From Thermoplasmata archaeon (lineage in GTDB: Archaea; Thermoplasmatota; Thermoplasmata; Lutacidiplasmatales; UBA184), in assembly GCA_028864975.1 (NCBI GenBank), contig JAGWLG010000005.1:1-64000 (forward strand): DNA of 64,000 nt, given 5' to 3'. The notes beneath the pieces are model-generated. The model was not told where the DNA came from and did no database searches. It was given only the letters and a program-made list of their open reading frames with translations. Below, in pieces: positions 1 to 8,135 of this stretch (its first letter is position 1; every line of letters starts with the position of its first letter). The translations under genes and the position numbers were made by a program.

Positions 1-131
1 GGGTCCGGGTGACCGACGAGCAGATGGCCACGCTACGACTCGTGCCCCATCGGTTCCACGCTGACTGGAACTACACCATTCGCCCGCGCTCCAAGCGGAC
101 GAAATGAGTCAATTATTTAGTAGCGACACCT
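1..131 (+). mobile_element. Right end of an ISAzo13-family insertion sequence (truncated by window edge)
   Basis: Transposase C-terminus followed directly by AATTATTTAGTAGCGACACCT, which resembles ISAzo13 terminal repeats. The left end is outside the window. Confidence 0.75.
3..107 (+). CDS. ISAzo13-family (DDE_Tnp_ISAZ013) transposase, C-terminal fragment
   Basis: Frame 3 reads VRVTDEQMATLRLVPHRFHADWNYTIRPRSKRTK*, matching the family's FHxxWNYTIxP terminal motif. Not in the ORF track. Confidence 0.85.
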   Translation, partial: VRVTDEQMATLRLVPHRFHADWNYTIRPRSKRTK

Positions 132-150
132 TATGGGACTTCTGGCCCCC

Positions 151-1080
151 CTAGTGACCCGGTAGCTCCCCGGGCGGGCGGGGACGCCACTTGGCCCCCA
201 GCTCCTGCGAGCGCTTCGTGGCCGCTTCGACGGCGTCGAGGAGCATGGCCTTGAGGCCGCTCTTCTCGAGAGAGTGCAAGGCGGTGATCGCGGTCCCTCC
301 GGGACTTGTGACCAGGTCCCGCAGCTTGGCGGGATGCTCTCCGGTCGCCCGGACGAGCTGAGCCGCACCGACCAGCGTCTGGATCGCGAGTTCCGTGGAG
401 GTCGCGCGGGAGAGCCCCACTTTGACGCCGGCGTCGGAAAGGCCTTCCAGGATCAGGAAGAGGTAGAGCGGCCCGGTGCCCGAGAGCCCGGTCACCGCGT
501 CCATGAGCTCCTCGTCGACCTCGACGACCATCCCGACCGTGGAGAGCAGTGAGCGGGCACGCTCGAGGTCGACCGGACGCGTGGTCTTCCCGCGTGCGAT
601 CGCGGTCGCGCTCGCCTGCACAGATGCGGCGACGTTGGGCATCGCGCGCACAACCCCGATGCCGGGACCGAGCCCCTCCTCGAGGACGGTCGTCGGAACG
701 CCCGCGGCGATCGAGACCACGGTCGTACCCGGGGCGAGTGCGTCCTTCACCTGGGCAAGGACGGAGGGGAGGATCTGGGGTTTGACGGCGAGCACCACGA
801 GCTGGGCCCCCTTGACGGCCTCGAGGTTGGTCTCGGCCACCCGGACGTCCAGTCCGCGGATCCTTTCGCGGAGGCTCCCGGCCTCTCGAGAGCTGACGAC
901 GAGGTGCGGAGCGATCTCGGGCGCCACGGTGAGGATCCCCCGCACGAGCGCGAGCCCCATGTTCCCTCCTCCGAGGATTGCGAGGGTCCCCTCCGCAAAG
1001 GGTGGCGACGACGCACGGTCCCCTCGCTTCGGGCCCGGGGGACGGGCGGGCGAGAGACCTCGGACCGCGTGCCCGGTCAT
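151..1080 (-). CDS. proC: Pyrroline-5-carboxylate reductase
   Basis: ILGGGNMG Rossmann motif, LAVKPQ, SIAAG, RAMPN, TGLSGTGP, VTSPGGTAI. TTTAAG lies about 25 bp upstream on the minus strand. Confidence 0.97.
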   Translation of the reverse strand: MTGHAVRGLSPARPPGPKRGDRASSPPFAEGTLAILGGGNMGLALVRGILTVAPEIAPHLVVSSREAGSLRERIRGLDVRVAETNLEAVKGAQLVVLAVKPQILPSVLAQVKDALAPGTTVVSIAAGVPTTVLEEGLGPGIGVVRAMPNVAASVQASATAIARGKTTRPVDLERARSLLSTVGMVVEVDEELMDAVTGLSGTGPLYLFLILEGLSDAGVKVGLSRATSTELAIQTLVGAAQLVRATGEHPAKLRDLVTSPGGTAITALHSLEKSGLKAMLLDAVEAATKRSQELGAKWRPRPPGELPGH

Positions 1081-1100
1081 GGTCGGACCACCGGAAGAGC

Positions 1101-1180
1101 GTCTTAAACGCTCCCCGGAACCGGGGCCCCTGCTCGTCGGAAGGCCGGCGAACTTCGCTTGAACCCTTGACCTTTATCTA
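1101..1180. promoter_or_regulatory. Divergent archaeal TATA-like promoters (proC / hypothetical)
   Basis: CTTAAA at about 1104-1109 (TTTAAG on minus) and CTTTATCTA at about 1172-1180, each about 25-30 bp from a start codon. Confidence 0.5.
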
Positions 1181-1207
1181 CAAGGCCGACCAAGCCCTGT
1201 CGGACGA

Positions 1208-1819
1208 ATGTCCGACGTACCCTCCGAGGGCACAACGGAGGCCCCTCCCGGCAAGAAGCCGACCCCGTGGTCGGTCCGGAAGATCGTTGAACAGGTGACA
1301 GGGCGCCCCCTGGAGTCGATGCAGGACCCACCGGGGACCCGCCGCGCTCCCCGTCCGGCCCCACCTCCCCGGTCCGAGCCGCCGTTGGAACGGTTCCACG
1401 AGGAGGACGGCCCGGCCCTCTCGGTCCTCGTCGACCCTGACCTTGAGCGAGAGGAGCGCCCCCGTTCCGTTCATGTTGAGGCCGCAGGGGTCGACGAGCT
1501 CGAGAAGGGCCCCGGGCTCCGGGCGTTCCTGCCTGGAGCTCCAAACCCCCCGGTCAGCGGACGAGCGCCCCGGCCCGCTTCCCTACCGTTGACCCGCCCC
1601 CTTCCACGTCAGGTGATCGAGGAGGTGGAGCGAATGCGCGAGGATGAGGGGGAGGCCCCCCTGGGGAGCCCTTCCGCCCACGCGCACGGGTCTCGCGAGC
1701 TCGAACGCGTCTATCTTTCCTACCTGTTGATGCACATGGACCGACTGACCGAACCGGCGCTCAAGTACCTCCGACACGCCGTGGAAGAGGAATGCGAGGA
1801 GCGCGGGATCCGTCCGTAG
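1208..1819 (+). CDS. Hypothetical protein (disordered N-terminus, helical C-terminus ELERVYLSYLLMHMDRL)
   Basis: ATG ORF with an upstream TATA-like box, fills the gap, plausible composition. Confidence 0.7.
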   Translation: MSDVPSEGTTEAPPGKKPTPWSVRKIVEQVTGRPLESMQDPPGTRRAPRPAPPPRSEPPLERFHEEDGPALSVLVDPDLEREERPRSVHVEAAGVDELEKGPGLRAFLPGAPNPPVSGRAPRPASLPLTRPLPRQVIEEVERMREDEGEAPLGSPSAHAHGSRELERVYLSYLLMHMDRLTEPALKYLRHAVEEECEERGIRP

Positions 1820-1870
1820 TTCGACCGTGAGCGGTCCGCCTATCGCCGGGTCGGGCCGTTCATCCGATGC

Positions 1871-2101
1871 TCAAGGTCGAGCGAAGAGCCCGACGAGGGC
1901 GTGCTCGAGCACGTAGGGGGGCTCGATAGGGGTTGCCCCCGTTTGATGCACGAACAAGAATCGGTAGACTAGCATCCCACCGATCATGAGCGCGATGATG
2001 AGGGCGAAGAGGATCCCGAACGCGATGGGGTTGTCCGAGTACGGGTCCATCCACCACGGCCACCCGCTCTCGCGCGAGGGAGCGTAGGTCAGGTCCTCCA
2101 T
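1871..2101 (-). CDS. Small single-pass membrane protein (76 aa)
   Basis: MEDLTY start at 2101; hydrophobic segment IAFGILFALIIALMIGGMLVYRFLFV. Confidence 0.7.
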   Translation of the reverse strand: MEDLTYAPSRESGWPWWMDPYSDNPIAFGILFALIIALMIGGMLVYRFLFVHQTGATPIEPPYVLEHALVGLFARP

Positions 2102-2230
2102 CGGCGGTGTCCCACCCCTCCGGGGAAGATAACGCTCGCGTGGGAGCGCGCCTCTCCGTGAGGGTGCAGCGTGGGGCACGCTTTTACAGGGGACCAGGGT
2201 ACGGCCCCCGTCGTGTCTGGCGCATCCGGG

Positions 2231-3745
2231 ATGACCGTCACCTGCCCCAAATGCAAGCAGGGCGAGATGGTGAAGCTCTCCACGGGTTGGACCTGCAATG
2301 CCTGCGGATATGCCCCCTTCAGCAAGGGTTCCGGCTCCTCCGGGACGAGCTCATCCTCCTCGGGCCCGATCATTGGGGTCCCCGCGAGCACCCCATCGAC
2401 CTCTGCCCCCGTAGGGACCGCGAGCAGCGAGGCGCTCCCGGCGACGCCGCCCGCGAACTCGCCAATGGACCCGGGGGCGCCCGCTCCTTCATCGCCTTCG
2501 TTCGCCCCCCCCACGTCGTTCGCCCCGAACCCCGTCCCGCCTCCCGGTCCTCCGCCGGCGACCGCGCCAGGCTACACGAGTTACGCTCCTCCCCCGCGCC
2601 CGCTCTCGCCCCCTTACCTGCCGCCACCCCCGAACGCCTACCCGTCGGGTCCGGGGGGGGTGGCGCCGGGCTATGCCCCCCTTCCCCCCTCCTCCGCGGG
2701 GTACGGAGCGGGAGCTGCAACCTCAGCCGCCGATCCCACCTCGAATCCGCTGGCAGGGCCGTCATCCATCTCCCGTTCGCGCATGGGCTTCGCTCCGCGA
2801 CCTGCGGTCCCCCCACCTCCCACAAATCCAACGTTCTCACCTCCACCAGCTGCTCCCACGCCGCCACCACCACCGCCGCCGAGCGCGCCACCTGTTGGGG
2901 CGGGGTCGCCGTATCCCCCGGTCGCTCCTTCCCCCTCCTCCTCGATGGGTGGCTACCTCGCCCCGTCAGCGCCCCCCATGATGCCGCCCCCTCCGTCAGC
3001 ACCCGCAGCCCCTCCGGGCCCTCCGGGGATCCCGCCCCCGTCGCCCATCGCTTTTCCCCCTCCTCCCTCCTCGCCTCCGACGGGGACCCCCCCTCCCTCC
3101 ACGTTCTCGCCTCCCTCCGATCTCGGAGGGGTCGCGGCCCCCACCTTCGCTCCGCCAGCGCCCCCCGTCGGGGGTCCCTCCAAGTCCCTCTTCCTCTACG
3201 TCGAGCGGCAGGCGCTGTACGAGACGCTCACCTGGCGCCCGGCAGGAGGGGGGGTGCGCTTCTCGCGCGACATCCCCCTGCGCATCCTGCCCCCGGGGGA
3301 ACCGATCGCGGTCGAGTTCTTCGCGCAGAACCAAGGCGCGGCCCCGTTGTCGGTCACCTACTACGTCGTCCTGACCAACGTCAACCTCCAGGGCACCCGG
3401 CTGCAAGCGGATTCGCTCGACATCCCCGTCGGGAGCGTCCTGGACGTCACGCACACGCTCGCGGCGAAGCTCCAACCGGGAGAGTACTCGATCACCGTCT
3501 TCTGCGTCCCGCGTGCCGGGGCGGGTCGAACGCAGGACCCTGCCTCCTTCCCGGCCCTCGCCCCTGTGGACGGGACCATCCCCCCTGGGCTCCCTTCCCT
3601 CTACGACGTGATCAAGGTCCGGGAGGAGGTCCCCTGCCCGAGCTGCGGCGGGCGGCTCCTGTGGACCCCCGCGAGCATGGGGGGACGGCCGCGGGCCTGG
3701 GTCTGCGGTCGCTGTGCGCACCGGGTCGAGACCGGGATCCTCTAA
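2231..3745 (+). CDS. Zn-ribbon / long Pro-rich linker / beta-sandwich / Zn-ribbon protein (paralog of 34918-35697)
   Basis: CPKC..CNAC at the N-terminus, CPSC..CGRC at the C-terminus, about 300 aa Pro/Ser/Ala-rich. ATG at 2231 preferred over the ORF-track start at 2171. Confidence 0.8.
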   Translation: MTVTCPKCKQGEMVKLSTGWTCNACGYAPFSKGSGSSGTSSSSSGPIIGVPASTPSTSAPVGTASSEALPATPPANSPMDPGAPAPSSPSFAPPTSFAPNPVPPPGPPPATAPGYTSYAPPPRPLSPPYLPPPPNAYPSGPGGVAPGYAPLPPSSAGYGAGAATSAADPTSNPLAGPSSISRSRMGFAPRPAVPPPPTNPTFSPPPAAPTPPPPPPPSAPPVGAGSPYPPVAPSPSSSMGGYLAPSAPPMMPPPPSAPAAPPGPPGIPPPSPIAFPPPPSSPPTGTPPPSTFSPPSDLGGVAAPTFAPPAPPVGGPSKSLFLYVERQALYETLTWRPAGGGVRFSRDIPLRILPPGEPIAVEFFAQNQGAAPLSVTYYVVLTNVNLQGTRLQADSLDIPVGSVLDVTHTLAAKLQPGEYSITVFCVPRAGAGRTQDPASFPALAPVDGTIPPGLPSLYDVIKVREEVPCPSCGGRLLWTPASMGGRPRAWVCGRCAHRVETGIL

Positions 3746-4731
3746 GGAACGGCGGTCGAGGTGGTCCCCTCGTGCCCTCCGCTGGAGGGAGGTAGTGGGA
3801 GATGGAAGTCCTTCCGTTGCAGCCCCTCGACGAGGCCGATCTTGGGTGAGAAGCCGAGAGATGCCCGAGCCGCACGGAGGTCCGCGAACGCGTTGACGGA
3901 GGGGCCGGGGGGCGGGTCGACCGAGACCGGTTCCAGGTCCAGGCGTCCCAGCGCGGCCGCGACGGCCTCGGCCGCCGTTCGAAGGGAAGTGCCGACCCCC
4001 GTTCCCACGTTGGCTACGGTCCAGTTCGCGACCTTGCGCTCGAGGGCGAGGCGCAGCGCCTCGACCCCATCCTCCACGTGCACGAAGTCCCGCAGGAGCT
4101 CCCCGCTCCCGTGGACCTGCGGAGGGCGGCCGGAAGCGACCTCACGTCCGAAGAGGGCGAGCACCCCCGGGGTCCGGCTCGTGATGCGACCGGGTCCGTA
4201 GACGTGGAAGAAGCGAAGGACCACCGCATGGAGGGCCCCTTGCTCCGCGAACACGCGGACGAGCGCCTCGGCCGAGGCCTTCGAAGCACCGACGAGGCTC
4301 ACGGGTCCCGGCGGTCGCCCCTCGGAGAGCGGCGGCGCCCCCGTCGATCCGTAGACCGAGCAGGAGGAGGCGAGCACGACCCTTGGGACCTTGAGGTCCT
4401 GACAGGCGCGCATGAGCGCCAGCGTGCCTTGCGTGTTCACGCCGAACCCTTCCGTCGGATCGTTCGCCGAAACTGGTCGGTCGGCGAGGTGGACCACCGC
4501 TTCGCAATCGCGCACCGCACGGCGCAGAAGGGCCTCATCACGAACATCGCCTCGGAAGAGGAGCTCGGGGGCGAGCTCGCGGGGGAGGTTCCCCTCCGGG
4601 GCGCCGGAGAGGTCGTCGAGGAGACGGACCTCCACGCCAAGGGTCCGCAATCGCCGAGCGAGGTGCGACCCAAGGAATCCGGCCCCTCCCGTGATGAGGA
4701 CACGACCCGGTCGCGGCACGAGCACCACCAC
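3742..4731 (-). CDS. NAD-dependent epimerase/dehydratase (extended SDR), catalytic Tyr replaced by Val
   Basis: ITGGAGFLGS, ASSCSVYG, SLVGASK in place of YxxxK, LRFFHVYGP, RDFVHVED. Confidence 0.9.
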   Translation of the reverse strand: MVVLVPRPGRVLITGGAGFLGSHLARRLRTLGVEVRLLDDLSGAPEGNLPRELAPELLFRGDVRDEALLRRAVRDCEAVVHLADRPVSANDPTEGFGVNTQGTLALMRACQDLKVPRVVLASSCSVYGSTGAPPLSEGRPPGPVSLVGASKASAEALVRVFAEQGALHAVVLRFFHVYGPGRITSRTPGVLALFGREVASGRPPQVHGSGELLRDFVHVEDGVEALRLALERKVANWTVANVGTGVGTSLRTAAEAVAAALGRLDLEPVSVDPPPGPSVNAFADLRAARASLGFSPKIGLVEGLQRKDFHLPLPPSSGGHEGTTSTAVP

Positions 4732-4826
4732 GGGCCGTGACGGAAAACTCTGATGCGGAAAGCGTCAGGTCCTGCCGCCCACCGGTCGGGTCCTCGAGTT
4801 TAAGGTGGGGCACCTCTGAGCCGGCC

Positions 4827-6767
4827 GTGCCCTCTGCGCCCGCCACGTCCTCCGAGGCCCCCAAGACCCCCGGTGGGCCGAACGGCCGGAACGGAGGGCC
4901 CAACGACCGACATCCGCTCCAAAGCCTGGGGCACGGCTCGGTCGTGACCCTGATCGGTCAGATCATCCTAGTCGGAGCCACCTTCGGCGCTCGGGTCCTG
5001 ACGGTCACTCCCCTGGGCTCGACGTTGTACGGAGACCTCGCGCTCGGTCTGGCCCTGAGCGGTCTCCTCTCGAACCTAGGGTCGCTGGGCGTCCCCACGG
5101 CGGTCGCCCGACAGCTCGCCCATACCACCGACCTCAAGGAGCGACGCGCGCTCGTGGCCCATGCGCTGGGCCTGGTCCTCCCCGCGGCCCTGATCACCGC
5201 GGCGGTCATCTTCCTCGCCGCGGACGCGCTCTCCCCCCTCGTAACGAAGGGGCAACGCGTGCCCATCGTCTACCAGTTCCTGGCGGCCTACATCGGCTTC
5301 GGCCTCCTCACCCAGACGTTCACCTCCTTCTTCCAGGGGAACGAGGACGCCCTCCCGAACTCCATCTTCAACCAGGTCCTCAATCCCTGCCTCGCCCTCG
5401 CGTTCCTCTTCCTCTTCTTCGGCCCTCCGACCGCGGTGGGGGCTTCCGCCCTCGCCCTGCTCCACCTCCAGCGGATGTCGCTCCAGTCCGCGCTCACCGC
5501 CTACGTCATCGCGGCGGGTTTCACGCTCGTGGCCACGGTCGCTTACACGCTCTCCCCCTTGGGGCATCCGTGGCGGCGCGGCGACCGGGCGCAGGAGGCT
5601 CACCCCACCGAGCGAAAGCCCTCGACCTACGCCGCGCTTCTCAGCTTCTCCCTCCCCCTCGCACTCGTTGGGCTCGCGACCTCGGCGGTGGGGACGGCGG
5701 ACACTCTGGTGCTGGGGGCGCTCTCCGGAGCGAGCCCGGCGGGCGCCTACGGGGCGGTCCTCCCGCTCTCCCGGCTCGTGGCGCTCGCGGTCGCGGCCCT
5801 GGGCTACATCATGATCCCCGTGGCCTCGCGCCTCCACCGCGTCGGCGACACGGTCGAGCTCGGACGGAGCTACGCCACGATCACGAAGTGGATCATGCTC
5901 GCCTCGCTCCCGTTCTTCCTGATCTTCTTCCTGCTCCCCGCCGCCTCCCTGACCTTCGTTTTCGGTCCCAATTTCCTCTCGCTATCCGGGTACGGCCAAG
6001 CCCCGCTCCTGCTCCAGATCACCTGCATCGGGGGGTTCGCGGTCACGTTGCTTGGGCCGGCCTCGTCGGTGCTCGTGGGGCTTGGGAAGCTGCGTCTCCT
6101 GGTCATCGACACCTTCGTCAGCGCCGCGGTCGATGTCGGGGTCTCCCTGGCCCTCGTGCCGATCTGGGGCTCGGTGGGCGCGGCCATCGCCTTCTCGGTC
6201 GCGACGGTCCTGCTGCCCGCCCTCTGTGTCCTCCAGACCTACTACATGGCCCGGGTACACCCCTTCACGCTCGCCGTGGCCAAGCCCGTCCTCGCGACGC
6301 TCGTTCCCGGGGTGCTCCTGGTCGAGCTCCTGGTGGGCCCCTTGGGGGTGCACCCGCACGGGGTGGAGCTCATGGCGCTCTTCGCCCTGTTCTTCGGGGG
6401 CTACCTGCTCGCGGTCCCGCTCACACGAAGCATCGAAGCCGGGGACCACCATCTTCTGCTGGTCGTCGAAGGGTACCTGGGCCGGCCCCTGTCATTTGTG
6501 CGCCGCTTCGGAAGGCGCTTCATCCCACCCGAGCCCGCACCGTCCTGCCCCCTTCCCATGGCCGGGACGAGCACGCTATCCGATTCCAGCACCGGGGGCG
6601 GGGCCGTACCCGATCGAGCACCCCTGGATCCGACGGCGAACGAGGAATCGCTTTCAACCGACCTGACCTGGGGTCCTCACCGGTATGGCGACGGAGCTGG
6701 GCCCGGAAGAGGTCGCGCAGCGGTTGAAGGAAGGTTCGACGGTCCCCCTCCTCCTGGACGTTCGTGA
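4827..6767 (+). CDS. Oligosaccharide flippase (Wzx/RfbX-like, MOP superfamily)
   Basis: About 12-14 hydrophobic segments; LGSLGVPTAVARQLA, FSLPL, DTLVLGAL..AGAYGA. GTG at 4827 chosen because TTTAAG lies about 25 bp upstream; the ORF track starts at 4737. Confidence 0.88.
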   Translation: MPSAPATSSEAPKTPGGPNGRNGGPNDRHPLQSLGHGSVVTLIGQIILVGATFGARVLTVTPLGSTLYGDLALGLALSGLLSNLGSLGVPTAVARQLAHTTDLKERRALVAHALGLVLPAALITAAVIFLAADALSPLVTKGQRVPIVYQFLAAYIGFGLLTQTFTSFFQGNEDALPNSIFNQVLNPCLALAFLFLFFGPPTAVGASALALLHLQRMSLQSALTAYVIAAGFTLVATVAYTLSPLGHPWRRGDRAQEAHPTERKPSTYAALLSFSLPLALVGLATSAVGTADTLVLGALSGASPAGAYGAVLPLSRLVALAVAALGYIMIPVASRLHRVGDTVELGRSYATITKWIMLASLPFFLIFFLLPAASLTFVFGPNFLSLSGYGQAPLLLQITCIGGFAVTLLGPASSVLVGLGKLRLLVIDTFVSAAVDVGVSLALVPIWGSVGAAIAFSVATVLLPALCVLQTYYMARVHPFTLAVAKPVLATLVPGVLLVELLVGPLGVHPHGVELMALFALFFGGYLLAVPLTRSIEAGDHHLLLVVEGYLGRPLSFVRRFGRRFIPPEPAPSCPLPMAGTSTLSDSSTGGGAVPDRAPLDPTANEESLSTDLTWGPHRYGDGAGPGRGRAAVEGRFDGPPPPGRS

Positions 6768-7011
6768 GACCTGGGAGCGCGAGATCTCCTGCATCGAACC
6801 TTCGGTCCATATCCCGATGAACTCGGTGCCGGAGCGACTCCATGAGCTTCCCCGCGACCGGACGGTCATCGTCTACTGCCATCACGGGTCTCGCTCCGCG
6901 ATGGTCGCGGCGTATCTGGAGACGGAAGGGTTCTCCCGGGTCGTCAATCTGCGGGGCGGGATCGACGCCTGGTCGGCGTGCGTGGACCCCCGTGTCGTGC
7001 GCTACGGCTGA
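6685..7011 (+). CDS. Rhodanese-like sulfurtransferase
   Basis: LLDVRETWE, VYCHHGSRS active-site loop, NLRGGIDAWS. Overlaps the low-complexity flippase tail by 83 bp. Confidence 0.92.
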   Translation: MATELGPEEVAQRLKEGSTVPLLLDVRETWEREISCIEPSVHIPMNSVPERLHELPRDRTVIVYCHHGSRSAMVAAYLETEGFSRVVNLRGGIDAWSACVDPRVVRYG

Positions 7012-7140
7012 GCCGTTCTCCGTCCCAGCCGCCCCGCCGTTCGGCCCGACGGTGCCCGAGGGTATTAGAAAGTCCTCCGAAGAAGGCCCGCCTCAGTGGC
7101 CGGTTCCTTTATGTATAGGTGCGCCCCATCGACTCCTACT

Positions 7141-7962
7141 ATGTCCCGCCCGATCCTTCACCGGAACTCGGAGCGTCCGATCTGGGGAGCTCGTCTCATC
7201 GCGGGGGGGGGACTTCTTGTCGCCCTGCTGGCCGCGAGCATCGTCGGGTATGGTCATGCCATCCCCGGCGTGAACTTCTGCTACACGAGCTGCCAGATCA
7301 CGGTCTCCGCGGGGGTCGCGAACGGCGGGAGCACGAGCTCCTCGAACGCGCCCTTCACCGTGTCCTTCGCAGGATCGGCCTCCGGCGGAACGGCTCCGTA
7401 CAGCTGGTCGTGGAACTTCGGCGACGGCTCTAGTTCGACCCAGCAGAACCCAACCCATACCTTTGCCCAGACCGGGTCGTTCAACGTGGTGCTGACGGTC
7501 CAGGATGCGGGGGGGAACACCGGGCACTCCACGACCGTATCGATCCAAGTCGGGGTCCAGCAGAACAGTAACCCCACCACCGACACCGGCACCCTCGCGA
7601 TTCTAGTGGCGGGGGTTGTGATTGCGGCCGTGGTGGCGATCGCGGTGGTCCTCCTGATCCTCCAGAAGCGCAAGCGCGCCCAGATGGCCGCCGCGGACTC
7701 CGGGGCGATGGCGCCCTCCGCTTACGAGGCCCCACCCGTTGGAGGTTATGCGTACTCGCCTCAGCCCCCAGCGCAGGACCCGACCTCTATGGAACCTTCC
7801 GCTGGTGCCGGGGCCGACGGGGCCGTCCTCCCCCCTCCTCCCTCCTCGGACGATATCCCGGCGACTGGGGCCACCCAACCTCCTATGTCACCACCGCCTC
7901 CTCCGTCCTCGGATGATATCCCGGCGAGTCCGCCGTCCACCGCGCCGTCGCTCCCGCAATGA
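7141..7962 (+). CDS. Membrane-anchored single PKD-domain protein with Pro-rich cytoplasmic tail
   Basis: Signal-like N-terminus, SGGTAPYSWSWNFGDGSSSTQQNPTHTF, TM LAILVAGVVIAAVVAIAVVLLIL. The start could also be 7096. Confidence 0.88.
   Translation: MSRPILHRNSERPIWGARLIAGGGLLVALLAASIVGYGHAIPGVNFCYTSCQITVSAGVANGGSTSSSNAPFTVSFAGSASGGTAPYSWSWNFGDGSSSTQQNPTHTFAQTGSFNVVLTVQDAGGNTGHSTTVSIQVGVQQNSNPTTDTGTLAILVAGVVIAAVVAIAVVLLILQKRKRAQMAAADSGAMAPSAYEAPPVGGYAYSPQPPAQDPTSMEPSAGAGADGAVLPPPPSSDDIPATGATQPPMSPPPPPSSDDIPASPPSTAPSLPQ
7831..7927 (+). repeat. Imperfect 34-bp direct repeat (PPPPSSDDIPA x2)
   Basis: 7831-7864 and 7894-7927, 63-bp period, in frame. Confidence 0.85.
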
Positions 7963-8135
7963 CCTTGCCTCGGGGTGCACTCCCGGGCGAGTTCAAGTGA
8001 CGCCAGAGGTCTGGCGGCCTGAGAAGGGCATCCCACGAGCTCTTGGTCTAATACGGGCTCGGCCTTTCCCCGGCCAGGCCGTGGAGACCCTCCTGTGCCA
8101 ACTCCCTTCTGCTGAGGAGGAACGCCGCCCCTAAC

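Noticed and set aside
2400-3170. C-rich low-complexity DNA as a tandem repeat array
   Set aside because: Explained by poly-Pro codons; no fixed-period unit.
6910-6916. Single GCGTATC inside the rhodanese gene, and GGGTATC at 32221-32227
   Set aside because: Lone heptamers without the 11-bp partner or matching TATA spacing are expected by chance.
6685-7011. Functional link between the rhodanese and moaA (Moco pathway)
   Set aside because: They are about 29 kb apart with no other moa/moe genes; the rhodanese is generic.
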